Positions 17,462 to 26,386 of a DNA stretch of 64,000 nt are shown here, one piece after another. The notes beneath the pieces are model-generated. The model made no database searches. It was given only the letters and a program-made list of their open reading frames with translations, and was not told the origin of the DNA. The position numbers and the translations under genes were made by a program. The stretch lies in NCBI GenBank assembly GCA_040218735.1, contig JAVJQW010000003.1:1-64000 (forward strand), in the 5' to 3' direction. The stretch is from Deltaproteobacteria bacterium. Its GTDB lineage: Bacteria > Myxococcota > Kuafuiibacteriia > Kuafuiibacteriales > Kuafuiibacteriaceae. Within the stretch, counting starts at the first letter, position 1; every line of letters begins with the position of its first letter.

Positions 17462-18384
17462 AACTCGCGAAACCGTCCGACGTCGCCGGGTTCGTCGTCA
17501 CGGACCCGAAGGGCCGCACCGTGCACCGCGAGTCGTTCCCGTCCGGGCACCTCCCCGCGAACACGTTGGCCGCCCGAATGAACCGGCACGAAGCGAAGCT
17601 CGCGCGCACCTACGGCGCTGGGTTCTCGGTGGAGGCCGGGCTCTTCAACTCCGCGGCGGCGTTCGATCACTTCTTCCCACCGGAGAACACCACGCCGCTC
17701 GGTTCGCACGCGCTCCCGGATCCGACGCACATCCCCGTCGCGGCGCAGCTCGTACGCCGCGGCGTCCCCGCGCGCGTGGTGGCGTGGGTCGAAGCGGACC
17801 TGCGCGTGGAGGAGAACCGAACGCAGCTCATCGAGCAGGTCGCGAAACGCTTCGCGCCGCAACAGCGGGATCGAATCCTCTCCGCGCTGCGCCTCGCCGA
17901 GACCGCGCACGCCGGGCAGACGCAGATCGACCTGCCCGACGTGCCGTACACGAACCACGTCATCAACTGCGCGCGCCTCGTGTCGTCGTCGGGGGGATCG
18001 GCCGATGCGATCGCCGCGGCGCTGCTGCACGACGCCGTCGAGGACTCCGACGTCACGCCCGATCAGATCGAAGACCTGTGCGGGAGCGCCGTGGCCCGGA
18101 TCGTCGAGCGACTCACGCGGGGCACGGAGTCCCGCGCGGCGTACCTCGAGCACTGCCAGCACCTGGAGGGCGACGCGCTCCTGGTGAAGGGCGCCGACCG
18201 GGTGCACAACCTCCTGCGCAGCTTCACGCGTGAGGACACCGACGCGGCCTTCGCGTACCTCGACGAGACCCGCCGAACGTTCGACGCGCTCTTCGCGAAC
18301 CGCGCCGAGCTCGCGGCGCTGCGACCGCTCTACGCCGAGCTCGCCGCGGCGCTCACTGCAGCAACCAAACCACCAGCCCGATGA
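17452..18384 (+). CDS. HD-domain small alarmone hydrolase (SpoT/MESH1-like) with extra N-terminal domain; putative antitoxin/immunity protein
   Basis: AETAHAGQ, PYTNHV, AAALLHDAVED, VKGADRVHNL; start overlaps the end of the synthetase gene by 10 nt. Confidence 0.85.
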   Translation: MVVKLAKPSDVAGFVVTDPKGRTVHRESFPSGHLPANTLAARMNRHEAKLARTYGAGFSVEAGLFNSAAAFDHFFPPENTTPLGSHALPDPTHIPVAAQLVRRGVPARVVAWVEADLRVEENRTQLIEQVAKRFAPQQRDRILSALRLAETAHAGQTQIDLPDVPYTNHVINCARLVSSSGGSADAIAAALLHDAVEDSDVTPDQIEDLCGSAVARIVERLTRGTESRAAYLEHCQHLEGDALLVKGADRVHNLLRSFTREDTDAAFAYLDETRRTFDALFANRAELAALRPLYAELAAALTAATKPPAR

Positions 18385-19573
18385 TCGCGAGCGCCAACCC
18401 GCCCCACACCCAGGGCGTGGTGTTCGACTTCTGCAGCGCCGGCGGCAGCGCCGAGACCTCCAGCTCCGGCTCGACGTGCGGCTCCGGGATCCTCTCGGGC
18501 ACGACGTGCCCGGCCGACTCGGTCGCGAGCTCGTCGTACGGCGCGTCCATGACTTGGACGTCGGGCGGGACCGACATCTCGTTGTCGGCGTCGGTCAGCG
18601 TCGCCGACTCGTGGTCGACCAGCGTCGGCACCGCGCTGTCCTCGATCGAAGGGCCCGCCAACAACGCCGTGCGCAGCGCGACCGCGAACTCCGTCACGGA
18701 CGCGTAGCGATCGTCCGCGTTGATCGACATCGCGCGGTGCAGCACCTCGTCGACGGCCGGTGAGAGGTCCGGACGGTACGGCAGGACGCTCGGCCGCGGG
18801 CCGCGCGCGATTCGTTTCAGTACCGCGACGTGGGAGTTGTTCTCGCCGCCGGAGATCGCGATGTGGAAGGGGTGCGGATCACCCTCGGCGTCGACCGCCC
18901 ACGCGCGCCTCAACGCGATGAGCTCGAACATGATCGTCGCGATGGAGAAGATGTCCGCCCGGTGGTCGAGCTTCTTGCTGAGCACCTGCTCCGGCGAGAT
19001 GTACAGCACCGAACCGAGGACCCGCCCCGCCGTCGTGGGATCGATCTGACTCCCCACGAGCATCTTCGCGATGCCGAAGTCGAGCACCTTCAACATCGGG
19101 GGCTCGCCGCGCCGATTCACCATCACGTTCTTCGGCTTCATGTCGCGGTGGACGACGTCGTTGTCGTGCGCGAACTGGACGGCTTCGCAGAGGCGATCAC
19201 ACAGCCACGCCACACCCTGCGCGGGGACGGGCACACCCTCCGATGCGTTGTTGGCGAAGCGGACGTCGAGCGTCTCGCCGTCGATGAACTCCATCGCGAG
19301 GTACGCGATGTCGCCTTCGCCGCTCCACGCGATCGGGGCGGCGATGCCAGGGTGCGCGAGCTTCTCGAGGATGTGCGCCTCCTGCTTGAAGCGCCCGAGC
19401 ATCTTCTCGTTCGTGCGGTAGCGATCGTAGAGCACCTTCACCGCGACGGGGGCTTGGTCCTGGTGGTGATCGAGGCCGCGCCAGACCGCGCCGAACGCAC
19501 CCTTACCGAGCGGCTTCACCAGCTCGAAGCGATCGTCGATGTAGTCGCCGGGGAAGAGGTGCCCGTCGGCCAT
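18353..19573 (-). CDS. Ser/Thr protein kinase with C-terminal membrane anchor
   Basis: LGKGAFGAVW, VAVK, HRDMKPKN, DFG, YISPE; terminal TM helix. Confidence 0.9.
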   Translation of the reverse strand: MADGHLFPGDYIDDRFELVKPLGKGAFGAVWRGLDHHQDQAPVAVKVLYDRYRTNEKMLGRFKQEAHILEKLAHPGIAAPIAWSGEGDIAYLAMEFIDGETLDVRFANNASEGVPVPAQGVAWLCDRLCEAVQFAHDNDVVHRDMKPKNVMVNRRGEPPMLKVLDFGIAKMLVGSQIDPTTAGRVLGSVLYISPEQVLSKKLDHRADIFSIATIMFELIALRRAWAVDAEGDPHPFHIAISGGENNSHVAVLKRIARGPRPSVLPYRPDLSPAVDEVLHRAMSINADDRYASVTEFAVALRTALLAGPSIEDSAVPTLVDHESATLTDADNEMSVPPDVQVMDAPYDELATESAGHVVPERIPEPHVEPELEVSALPPALQKSNTTPWVWGGLALAIIGLVVWLLQ

Positions 19574-19588
19574 CGGGCGCGGATGCTA

Positions 19589-20023
19589 TCACGCAGGGGG
19601 CAGCGAGAAGACGAAGTCTTGGAGGGTGTCGCGCGGACGACGACGACCGCCGATCAGCTGGGTCTGGACGCTGGGGATTCCGGGCAAGCTCGCCGTCGGC
19701 GACTCACTCGTGAAGACGCGACGGCTCGGCGACAGATCCGCGTCGCTCCCCATCGCCCAGGCGGCGAGGATCGCGAGGTCGATGTCGCAGTGCATACGGA
19801 CCCCGACCGCATCGACGCCCGCGTGCACGATCGCTCCGGTCATCCCGAGGCTCGGGCCCCCCTCGATGCGAAACGTGAGACGCGCGAGGGAGCCGGCCGG
19901 GAGGTACTCGTCACCGGCGACGTGAACCCAGACGTGCCTGTCGTCGACGGCCTCGACGTACGCGCCGAACCGGTAGCCGGACACCTCCACCGCAACGCGC
20001 GTCGGGACTGGGTAGGACTTCAC
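19589..20023 (-). CDS. PilZ-like beta-barrel protein (degenerate)
   Basis: GTG after CAGGAG; GSLARLTFRI..GAIVH..VGVR pattern; canonical RxxxR and DxSxxG motifs absent. Confidence 0.5.
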   Translation of the reverse strand: MKSYPVPTRVAVEVSGYRFGAYVEAVDDRHVWVHVAGDEYLPAGSLARLTFRIEGGPSLGMTGAIVHAGVDAVGVRMHCDIDLAILAAWAMGSDADLSPSRRVFTSESPTASLPGIPSVQTQLIGGRRRPRDTLQDFVFSLPPA

Positions 20024-20091
20024 GGGCGACTCCTGTCCCTGATGTCGGCACATCCCGGCACCGACTGAAGTCGATTTGCACGTGATCTACG

Positions 20092-20511
20092 TCAGGTCCC
20101 GGTGGACGATCCGGCCCGGTCGAGGGCCTCCAACGAACGCTCGTCGATCGCCCGTTTCCGGCGGCGCAGCGTGATCCACACCGTGGCCGTGACCAGCACC
20201 GTGACGACCGGGGAGGCCCACATCAGGAACCGCAGCCACTTCGGGAACACCGGCGCCGAGTACCGCCCCACGCCCAGCCGGTCCTGGAGCGCGGAGACCT
20301 TCGGCTCGAGCCCCGCGAGGGCTTGGAGCGCGGCCTGCGTCCCGCCCTCCTCCTCGATGCGGACCGCGTCGACCGCCTGACGCAAGTTCGTCACTTCGAT
20401 CGACGCGGCGGCGTCGCCGTTCTCGAGCGCGACCTTGGCGACCATCGAAAGACGCACCTGCAGCCGATACCGCTGAGCGGCGGCGTCCTGCTTGGCACGG
20501 GTCGAATCCAC
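20092..20511 (-). CDS. Hypothetical membrane protein (start uncertain)
   Basis: Helical region, then a TM helix and an RRRKR stop-transfer sequence; GTG 20511 chosen to avoid overlapping the zwf start. Confidence 0.5.
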   Translation of the reverse strand: MDSTRAKQDAAAQRYRLQVRLSMVAKVALENGDAAASIEVTNLRQAVDAVRIEEEGGTQAALQALAGLEPKVSALQDRLGVGRYSAPVFPKWLRFLMWASPVVTVLVTATVWITLRRRKRAIDERSLEALDRAGSSTGT

Positions 20512-20599
20512 GCGGCGCGCAGTATCGTCCGACCTCGACGTACCGTCGATGGCCGATTTGACTGAAATACCGAGCCGACCGAGATTCCTGGACTCCGCC

Positions 20600-22114
20600 A
20601 TGAACCCGTTCCGAGCCGATACACCCTCCGACCGGACCCCCGAGCCCGCCACCGTCGTGATCTTCGGCGCGAGCGGTGACCTCACGCAGCGAAAGCTGAT
20701 CCCCGCCATCTACAACCTGATCGTCGAGCGCCACCTGACCCGCGTCGCGATCGTGGGGACTTCACGCTCCGAGATCTCGGACGACGCGTTCCGCGAACGC
20801 GCGCGGAACGGCGTCGAGCAACACTCGCGCGGGACGTTCGCCGAGGACGTCTGGGAGCACTTCGCGCCCGGCCTGTACTACCAGCAGGGGGGCTTCGACG
20901 ATCCCGAGGCGTACCAGGCGCTCAAGGCCCGCATCGAGGAGGTCGAGAAGGAACACAACCTCCCGGGGAATCGCCTCTTCTACCTGTCCACGCCGCCGTC
21001 GGTGTTTGCGACGATCATTCGGCGCCTCGGCGAGGCCGGGCTGGTGGACCCGAAGGAAGAACCCTTCGCGCGCGTCATCGTCGAGAAGCCCTTCGGCAAG
21101 GACCTCGCGTCGGCGAAGCAGCTCAACGCGGAGGTGCACGAGGTCCTGAAGGAGGACCAGGTCTTCCGCATCGATCACTACCTCGGGAAGGAGACGGTGC
21201 AGAACCTGTTGGTGTTCCGCTTCGCCAACGGGATCTTCGAGCCGCTCTGGAACTCGAAGTACGTCGACCACGTGCAGATCACCGGCGCCGAGACGCTCGG
21301 CGTGGAGGGGCGCGGTGGCTACTTCGAGAAGGCCGGCATCCTGCGCGACATGGTGCAGAACCACCTCTTCCAGGTGCTGTCCCTCGCGGCGATGGAGCCG
21401 CCGGTGTCGTTCGACGCGAACGCGGTGCGCTCGGAGAAGACGAAGGTGCTGCAGGCGCTCCGGCCGATCGATCCGCACCGCGTCACGGAGCGCGTCGTTC
21501 GCGGGCAGTACGCGGCGGGGAGTGTGCTCGGCGCCGACGTACCCGGGTACCGCGAGGAGGACGGCACGGATCCGAAGTCACGCACCGAGACGTTCGTGGC
21601 GATGAAGCTGTTCGTCGACAACTGGCGCTGGGCTGGGGTGCCGTTCTACCTGCGCAGCGCGAAGCGCATGCCGAAGAAGGTCACGGAGATCGCCATCCAC
21701 TTCAAGTCGGCGCCGCTCCCGTTGTTCGGTCGTGAACAGATGGCGGACCTCGGCGGCAACGTGCTCGCCGTGCGCATCCAACCCGACGAAGGCATCACGC
21801 TCGGCCTCGGATCGAAGGTGCCGGGGCAGTCGATCGAGATCGCGCCGGTGACGATGGAGTTCCGGTACGCGTCGAGCTTCGGCGTCGAGGCCCCCGAGGC
21901 GTACGAACGCCTGCTCCTCGACGCGCTGAACGGTGACGGCACGCTCTTCACACGCGGCGACGAAGTTGAGGCGAGCTGGCGATTCATCACGCCGATCCAC
22001 GAAGCGTGGGAGACGCAGAAGGTCGAACCGGAGCTCTACGAAGCGGGCTCGTGGGGCCCCGACGACGCCCACCAGCTGTTGGCGGCGGACGGGCGTCGCT
22101 GGAGGCGGCCGTGA
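20600..22114 (+). CDS. zwf: Glucose-6-phosphate 1-dehydrogenase
   Basis: IFGASGDL, EKPFG, RIDHYLGKE, RDMVQNH, NWRWAGVPFYLR. Confidence 0.97.
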   Translation: MNPFRADTPSDRTPEPATVVIFGASGDLTQRKLIPAIYNLIVERHLTRVAIVGTSRSEISDDAFRERARNGVEQHSRGTFAEDVWEHFAPGLYYQQGGFDDPEAYQALKARIEEVEKEHNLPGNRLFYLSTPPSVFATIIRRLGEAGLVDPKEEPFARVIVEKPFGKDLASAKQLNAEVHEVLKEDQVFRIDHYLGKETVQNLLVFRFANGIFEPLWNSKYVDHVQITGAETLGVEGRGGYFEKAGILRDMVQNHLFQVLSLAAMEPPVSFDANAVRSEKTKVLQALRPIDPHRVTERVVRGQYAAGSVLGADVPGYREEDGTDPKSRTETFVAMKLFVDNWRWAGVPFYLRSAKRMPKKVTEIAIHFKSAPLPLFGREQMADLGGNVLAVRIQPDEGITLGLGSKVPGQSIEIAPVTMEFRYASSFGVEAPEAYERLLLDALNGDGTLFTRGDEVEASWRFITPIHEAWETQKVEPELYEAGSWGPDDAHQLLAADGRRWRRP

Positions 22115-23178
22115 CCCGCACCGAGGACATCCGGCTGGAGTCCTTCTCCGCGGGCGAACACTTCGCGGTGGATCCGGACTCGATCGAACGCGAGCTCGCG
22201 GCGCTCTGGCGGAGCGCCGGCAAGTCGACGAACGGCCAACAACCGGTCACGCGGGCGTGCCTGTGGAACGTGGTCGTGCACGTCGAAGAGCGCGACGACC
22301 GCGAAGGCGTCGGGTCCGCGGAGGCGATGGTCGAGATGGTGAACGCGATGCCGCGTTACCTCGCGGCGCGTGCGCTCGTGCTGAAGACGCAGAGCGGTGA
22401 CGCCTCGCTGGACGCGTGGATCTCGGCGAACTGCATCCTCTCCGGCGACGGCGGCAAGCTCGTCTGCTCGGAGGAGATCACGCTGCTGTCGAAGGGTGCG
22501 GCGGATCGTCGTCTGCCGAGCCTCGTGCGCGCGCTGTTGGTGCCTGCGATGCCGACGGCGGTGGTGTTCGACGGCGTGCCGGACCGCGACGATCCGATGG
22601 TGGCGGCGCTCATTCGGATCGCGGATCGGATCATCGTGAACGTGGAGCGGTCGCGCTGGGACGCGCCGCTCGAACGGGCGTCCGGGCTGGTCGACGCGGT
22701 GCCCGCGGCGGCGATGGATCTCGGCTGGCTCGCCGGGCGTCACCTGCGGCAGGAGGTCGCGGCGCTGTTCGATCCGCCGCGGACGGAGGCTTCGGTGCGC
22801 TCGATCGATCGCATCGTGGTGCGCGCGCCGAAGTCCAAGCGATGGACCGCGCGGTTGCTGCTCGGCTGGTTCGCGAGTGTGCTCGGGGTTCACGTGTCGG
22901 GCGGCGACGGCGCGTGGACGGACGGCCGCGTGAAGCTGATTCACGAAGAGCGGGACTCCGAAGATCTGGAGGTCGCGATCTCTGTGCCGTGGGACGGCTG
23001 CGCGGTCACGGTCTGCGCGGAGCACACGGGGCGCGTCGAGGTCACCGACGACGTGCACGTCGTGCACCGCCCCCACGAAGACACGGAGCGCGCGGCCTTC
23101 CTCGCGCGCGCGCTGACCTCGCGCGGCCAGGACGACGCCTTCCGGCGAGCGCTCGCCGCGGCCGGGAGGCTGACGTGA
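22111..23178 (+). CDS. opcA: G6PDH assembly protein OpcA
   Basis: IERELAALW, RACLWN, VCSEEITL, LPSLVRALLVP, DLGW; GTGA overlap with zwf. Confidence 0.85.
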   Translation: MTRTEDIRLESFSAGEHFAVDPDSIERELAALWRSAGKSTNGQQPVTRACLWNVVVHVEERDDREGVGSAEAMVEMVNAMPRYLAARALVLKTQSGDASLDAWISANCILSGDGGKLVCSEEITLLSKGAADRRLPSLVRALLVPAMPTAVVFDGVPDRDDPMVAALIRIADRIIVNVERSRWDAPLERASGLVDAVPAAAMDLGWLAGRHLRQEVAALFDPPRTEASVRSIDRIVVRAPKSKRWTARLLLGWFASVLGVHVSGGDGAWTDGRVKLIHEERDSEDLEVAISVPWDGCAVTVCAEHTGRVEVTDDVHVVHRPHEDTERAAFLARALTSRGQDDAFRRALAAAGRLT

Positions 23179-23882
23179 TCTCGATCCAGGAAGACAAAGC
23201 CAGCGTCGCGGCGTTCGCCGCAAGTCACGTTGCAAAGCTCATCGAGGCGTCGGCGGGGCGGTTCGTCCTCGCCCTGTCGGGCGGCTCGACGCCGAAGTTG
23301 TTCCACCGCGTGCTCGTCGAGGACTTCGCGGGGCTGCCGTGGGATCGCGTGAACGTGTTCGTCTCCGACGAACGCGCGGTCGAGCCGACGGACGAGAACA
23401 GCAACGTGCGCATGGCGCGCGAGACCCTCGTCGATCCGCTGGGGCTGAAGCTGCTCGCGCCGGACGGCGTCGCGGCGAATCCGGCGAAGGCCGCCACCGC
23501 CTACGAAGCGGCGCTGCTCGGCGCCACGAACGGCACCGGCGCGGCGGACGTCGTCATGCTGGGGATGGGCGACGACGGCCACACGGCGAGCCTCTTCCCG
23601 GACTACGACCCGCCGAACGGCCTCGTGGCGGCGGCGCAGGCGCCGAAGGAGACGGTGGCGGCGCGACGGCTCACGTTCACCTTCGAAGCGATCCGACGCG
23701 CGAAGGAAGTCGTGGTGTTGGTCGCGGGTGAATCGAAGGCCGCGGCGCTGCACCGCGTGATCGACGAGCGCGACACGGCGCTCCCGCTCACGCGTGTGTT
23801 CCTGGAGCGCAACGGCAAAGTCACACTGATCGCGGACGCTGCGGCGGCCAAGGACCTCGTTCCCATGGGAGTACATCGATGA
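23175..23882 (+). CDS. pgl: 6-phosphogluconolactonase
   Basis: LALSGGSTP, DER.V..SN..M, LGMGDDGHTASLFP. Confidence 0.95.
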   Translation: MISIQEDKASVAAFAASHVAKLIEASAGRFVLALSGGSTPKLFHRVLVEDFAGLPWDRVNVFVSDERAVEPTDENSNVRMARETLVDPLGLKLLAPDGVAANPAKAATAYEAALLGATNGTGAADVVMLGMGDDGHTASLFPDYDPPNGLVAAAQAPKETVAARRLTFTFEAIRRAKEVVVLVAGESKAAALHRVIDERDTALPLTRVFLERNGKVTLIADAAAAKDLVPMGVHR

Positions 23883-25282
23883 CGGAAACAGCACAGTTTG
23901 GCGTGGTGGGGATCGGCGTGATGGGCGCGAACCTCGCCCTGAACGTCCAGGACAAGGGCTTCTCGGTCGCGGTGAACGACCTGTCGCGCGACAAGATCGA
24001 CGCGTTCGTGAAGGAGGCCCCGAACGCCCTCCCCGCGTACACGCCCGAGGAGCTCGCGGCGAAGCTCGAGCGCCCGCGGCGCATCCTGCTGATGGTGCCG
24101 GCGGGCAAGCCGGTCGACGGCGCGGTGGCATCGTTGCTGCCGCACCTCGACCGCGGCGACGTGATCATCGACGGCGGCAACGAGTTCTACACCCGCACCG
24201 ACCGACGCATGAGTGAGCTCGCCGAGAAGGGGATCGAGTTCATCGGCATGGGCGTGAGCGGCGGCGCCGAGGGCGCGCGACACGGGCCGAGCATGATGCC
24301 CGGCGGCTCGCGCGAGGCGTACGGTCGCATCGAGCCGATCGTCACGAAGATCGCGGCGCAGGTCGCGGACGGCGCTTGTGTCACTTACATCGGGCCGGGC
24401 GGCGCCGGGCACTACGTGAAGATGGTGCACAACGGCATCGAGTACGGCGACATGCAGCTCATCGCGGAGACGTACGATCTGCTGAAGTACGTCGGCGGTC
24501 TGAGCAACGCGCAGCTCGCGGACGTGTTCGCGGAGTGGAACGGCGCCGAGCTCGAGAGCTTCCTGATCGAGATCACCGCGGAGATCTTCCGACAGAAGGA
24601 CACCGAGACCGACGCGGACCTCATCGACGTCATCCTCGACACCGCGAAGATGAAGGGCACCGGGAGCTGGACGGTGAAGGAGGGCGCCGAGCTCGCCGCT
24701 CCGATCCCCACGATCGCCGGCTCCGTCGACGCGCGTCTACTGAGTGGAATGCGCCCCCTTCGGCTCGTGGGCGAAAAGACGCTGAAGGGCCCCACGCCAT
24801 CGCCGTCCGGGGACCAGGCCGAGATGATCGCCGACGCCCGCGCGGCGCTCTACGCATCGAAGATGTGCAGCTACGCGCAGGGCCTCGGGCTCCTGCAGAA
24901 GGCCTCCGAGGAGCGCGACTGGAACCTACAGCTCGGTGAGATCGCGCGAATCTGGAAGGGCGGGTGCATCATCCGCGCGGCGTTCCTCGGGCGAATCCAG
25001 GAGGCGTACGGCCGCGACGCCAACCTCGCAAACCTGCTCTTCGACCCCGGTTTCACCGATGAGCTCGCGACCCGGCAGGACGGCTGGCGCCGCACCGTGA
25101 AGCGCGCGATCGACAACGGCGTCGCGGTGCCCACGCTGACCGCGTCGCTGTCGTACTACGACAGCCTGCGCCGCGGACGCCTCCCCGCGAACCTCACACA
25201 GGCCCAACGCGACTTCTTCGGATCCCACACCTACCAGCGCCTCGACCGGGAGGGCGCGTTCCACACCGAGTGGGGCGCCTGA
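23879..25282 (+). CDS. gnd: NADP-dependent 6-phosphogluconate dehydrogenase
   Basis: GIGVMGANLA, IIDGGN, VKMVHNGIEYGDMQ, QAQRDFFGSH. Confidence 0.97.
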   Translation: MTETAQFGVVGIGVMGANLALNVQDKGFSVAVNDLSRDKIDAFVKEAPNALPAYTPEELAAKLERPRRILLMVPAGKPVDGAVASLLPHLDRGDVIIDGGNEFYTRTDRRMSELAEKGIEFIGMGVSGGAEGARHGPSMMPGGSREAYGRIEPIVTKIAAQVADGACVTYIGPGGAGHYVKMVHNGIEYGDMQLIAETYDLLKYVGGLSNAQLADVFAEWNGAELESFLIEITAEIFRQKDTETDADLIDVILDTAKMKGTGSWTVKEGAELAAPIPTIAGSVDARLLSGMRPLRLVGEKTLKGPTPSPSGDQAEMIADARAALYASKMCSYAQGLGLLQKASEERDWNLQLGEIARIWKGGCIIRAAFLGRIQEAYGRDANLANLLFDPGFTDELATRQDGWRRTVKRAIDNGVAVPTLTASLSYYDSLRRGRLPANLTQAQRDFFGSHTYQRLDREGAFHTEWGA

Positions 25283-25285
25283 CCG

Positions 25286-26386
25286 TCAGGGCACGACCGC
25301 CGGAACGAGCCACCCGACCGCACCCGCTGCGACGGCGAGGCCGATCTCCAACCACGGGAACCGCTCGTTCTCCGCGAGCAACCAGTTCGACACCGCCGCG
25401 GTCACCCCCAGCGCGCTCAACCCGACCGCGACGCTCGAGTACCGCACCTTCCCCGTGAGGTAGTACGGCTTGGCGCTCAGGTCCGGGCAGCCCGCGCCCT
25501 CGTCGAGACACACGTTGTGGTCGGGGGCGCTGACCACCGCGTAGATTCCGATCGCCGCACCCGTCACACCCGCCGCGACGCCCGTCCAACGTACGACCTG
25601 ATTCGCGACGACCGCGCTTTGGTCGCGCGGCACGAGCTCCGGGCGCCACTGCACGACACCCCCCTCTTCGACGACGAGTGTCTTCGTCACCGGCATCATC
25701 GCGGGGTGTTGCACGTCGACCTGTCGACGGCCGGGCGGGACGCGAACGATGCGGGTGACCGGCGCGTCACCGAGGCCGCCGAGCGTCTGGCCGTCGAGGC
25801 GAAGCTCACAACCGGAGCGTTCGAGCAGCAGCTCCACGACGCCGTACGGGGCCTGGCGGAAACGCGCGCTCAAGGTGTCGGTGAACAGCCGCGACACGAA
25901 CAGCTGGACGTCGTCGGGGATGCGCGCTTCGAGCGGCGGCGAGCGCGCCACGATCGCACGGCGACGCAGCGCGGAGCCGACCTTCTCGCGCTCGGTCTCC
26001 GTGACCAGCTGATTCGTCACGCGCCAGTCGAGGAGCAGCGCGCTGAAACGTTCGCCGGCGTCCGTCTGCGCGACCGAGATGATCAACACCTCGTCCGTGA
26101 GTGACTTCCGTTCGTCGCGCCCGGCCTGCGCCGCGATGCACGTGAACCGCTCGGCCGTGCTGTCGAGCTTGGTGCAGGGATCGGCGGTGGGCATCAGCTC
26201 GGCCGACAGATCCGCCTCGGCCTGCGCGACGTCGTCCAACCGTCGCAACAGATCGGTACGACTCGTCAGCCGCAGCGTGTCGGTCACCGTGAAGAGCACG
26301 ACCGGCAGCACACGACGATCCGTGGCCGGCACCTCGTGCGGCGCCGACGACGCGAGCAGGAGCGTGAGGGCTACTGCAGCCTGCAT
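25286..26386 (-). CDS. Secreted PEGA-domain protein
   Basis: Signal peptide; GCELRLDG..G..P..VPPGRRQVDV PEGA pattern; hydrophobic C-terminus. Confidence 0.65.
   Translation of the reverse strand: MQAAVALTLLLASSAPHEVPATDRRVLPVVLFTVTDTLRLTSRTDLLRRLDDVAQAEADLSAELMPTADPCTKLDSTAERFTCIAAQAGRDERKSLTDEVLIISVAQTDAGERFSALLLDWRVTNQLVTETEREKVGSALRRRAIVARSPPLEARIPDDVQLFVSRLFTDTLSARFRQAPYGVVELLLERSGCELRLDGQTLGGLGDAPVTRIVRVPPGRRQVDVQHPAMMPVTKTLVVEEGGVVQWRPELVPRDQSAVVANQVVRWTGVAAGVTGAAIGIYAVVSAPDHNVCLDEGAGCPDLSAKPYYLTGKVRYSSVAVGLSALGVTAAVSNWLLAENERFPWLEIGLAVAAGAVGWLVPAVVP

Noticed and set aside
20493-20508. TGGCACG upstream of zwf as a sigma54 promoter
   Set aside because: There is no GC at the -12 position, and it lies within a probable coding region.
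20599-20602. Palindromic CATG could start both zwf (+) and the divergent membrane-protein gene (-)
   Set aside because: It leaves no room for promoters or an RBS. A downstream GTG (20511) explains the minus-strand gene more simply.
20600-25282. zwf-opcA-pgl-gnd operon
   Set aside because: This is an ordinary oxidative pentose phosphate cluster. It is annotated but not novel.
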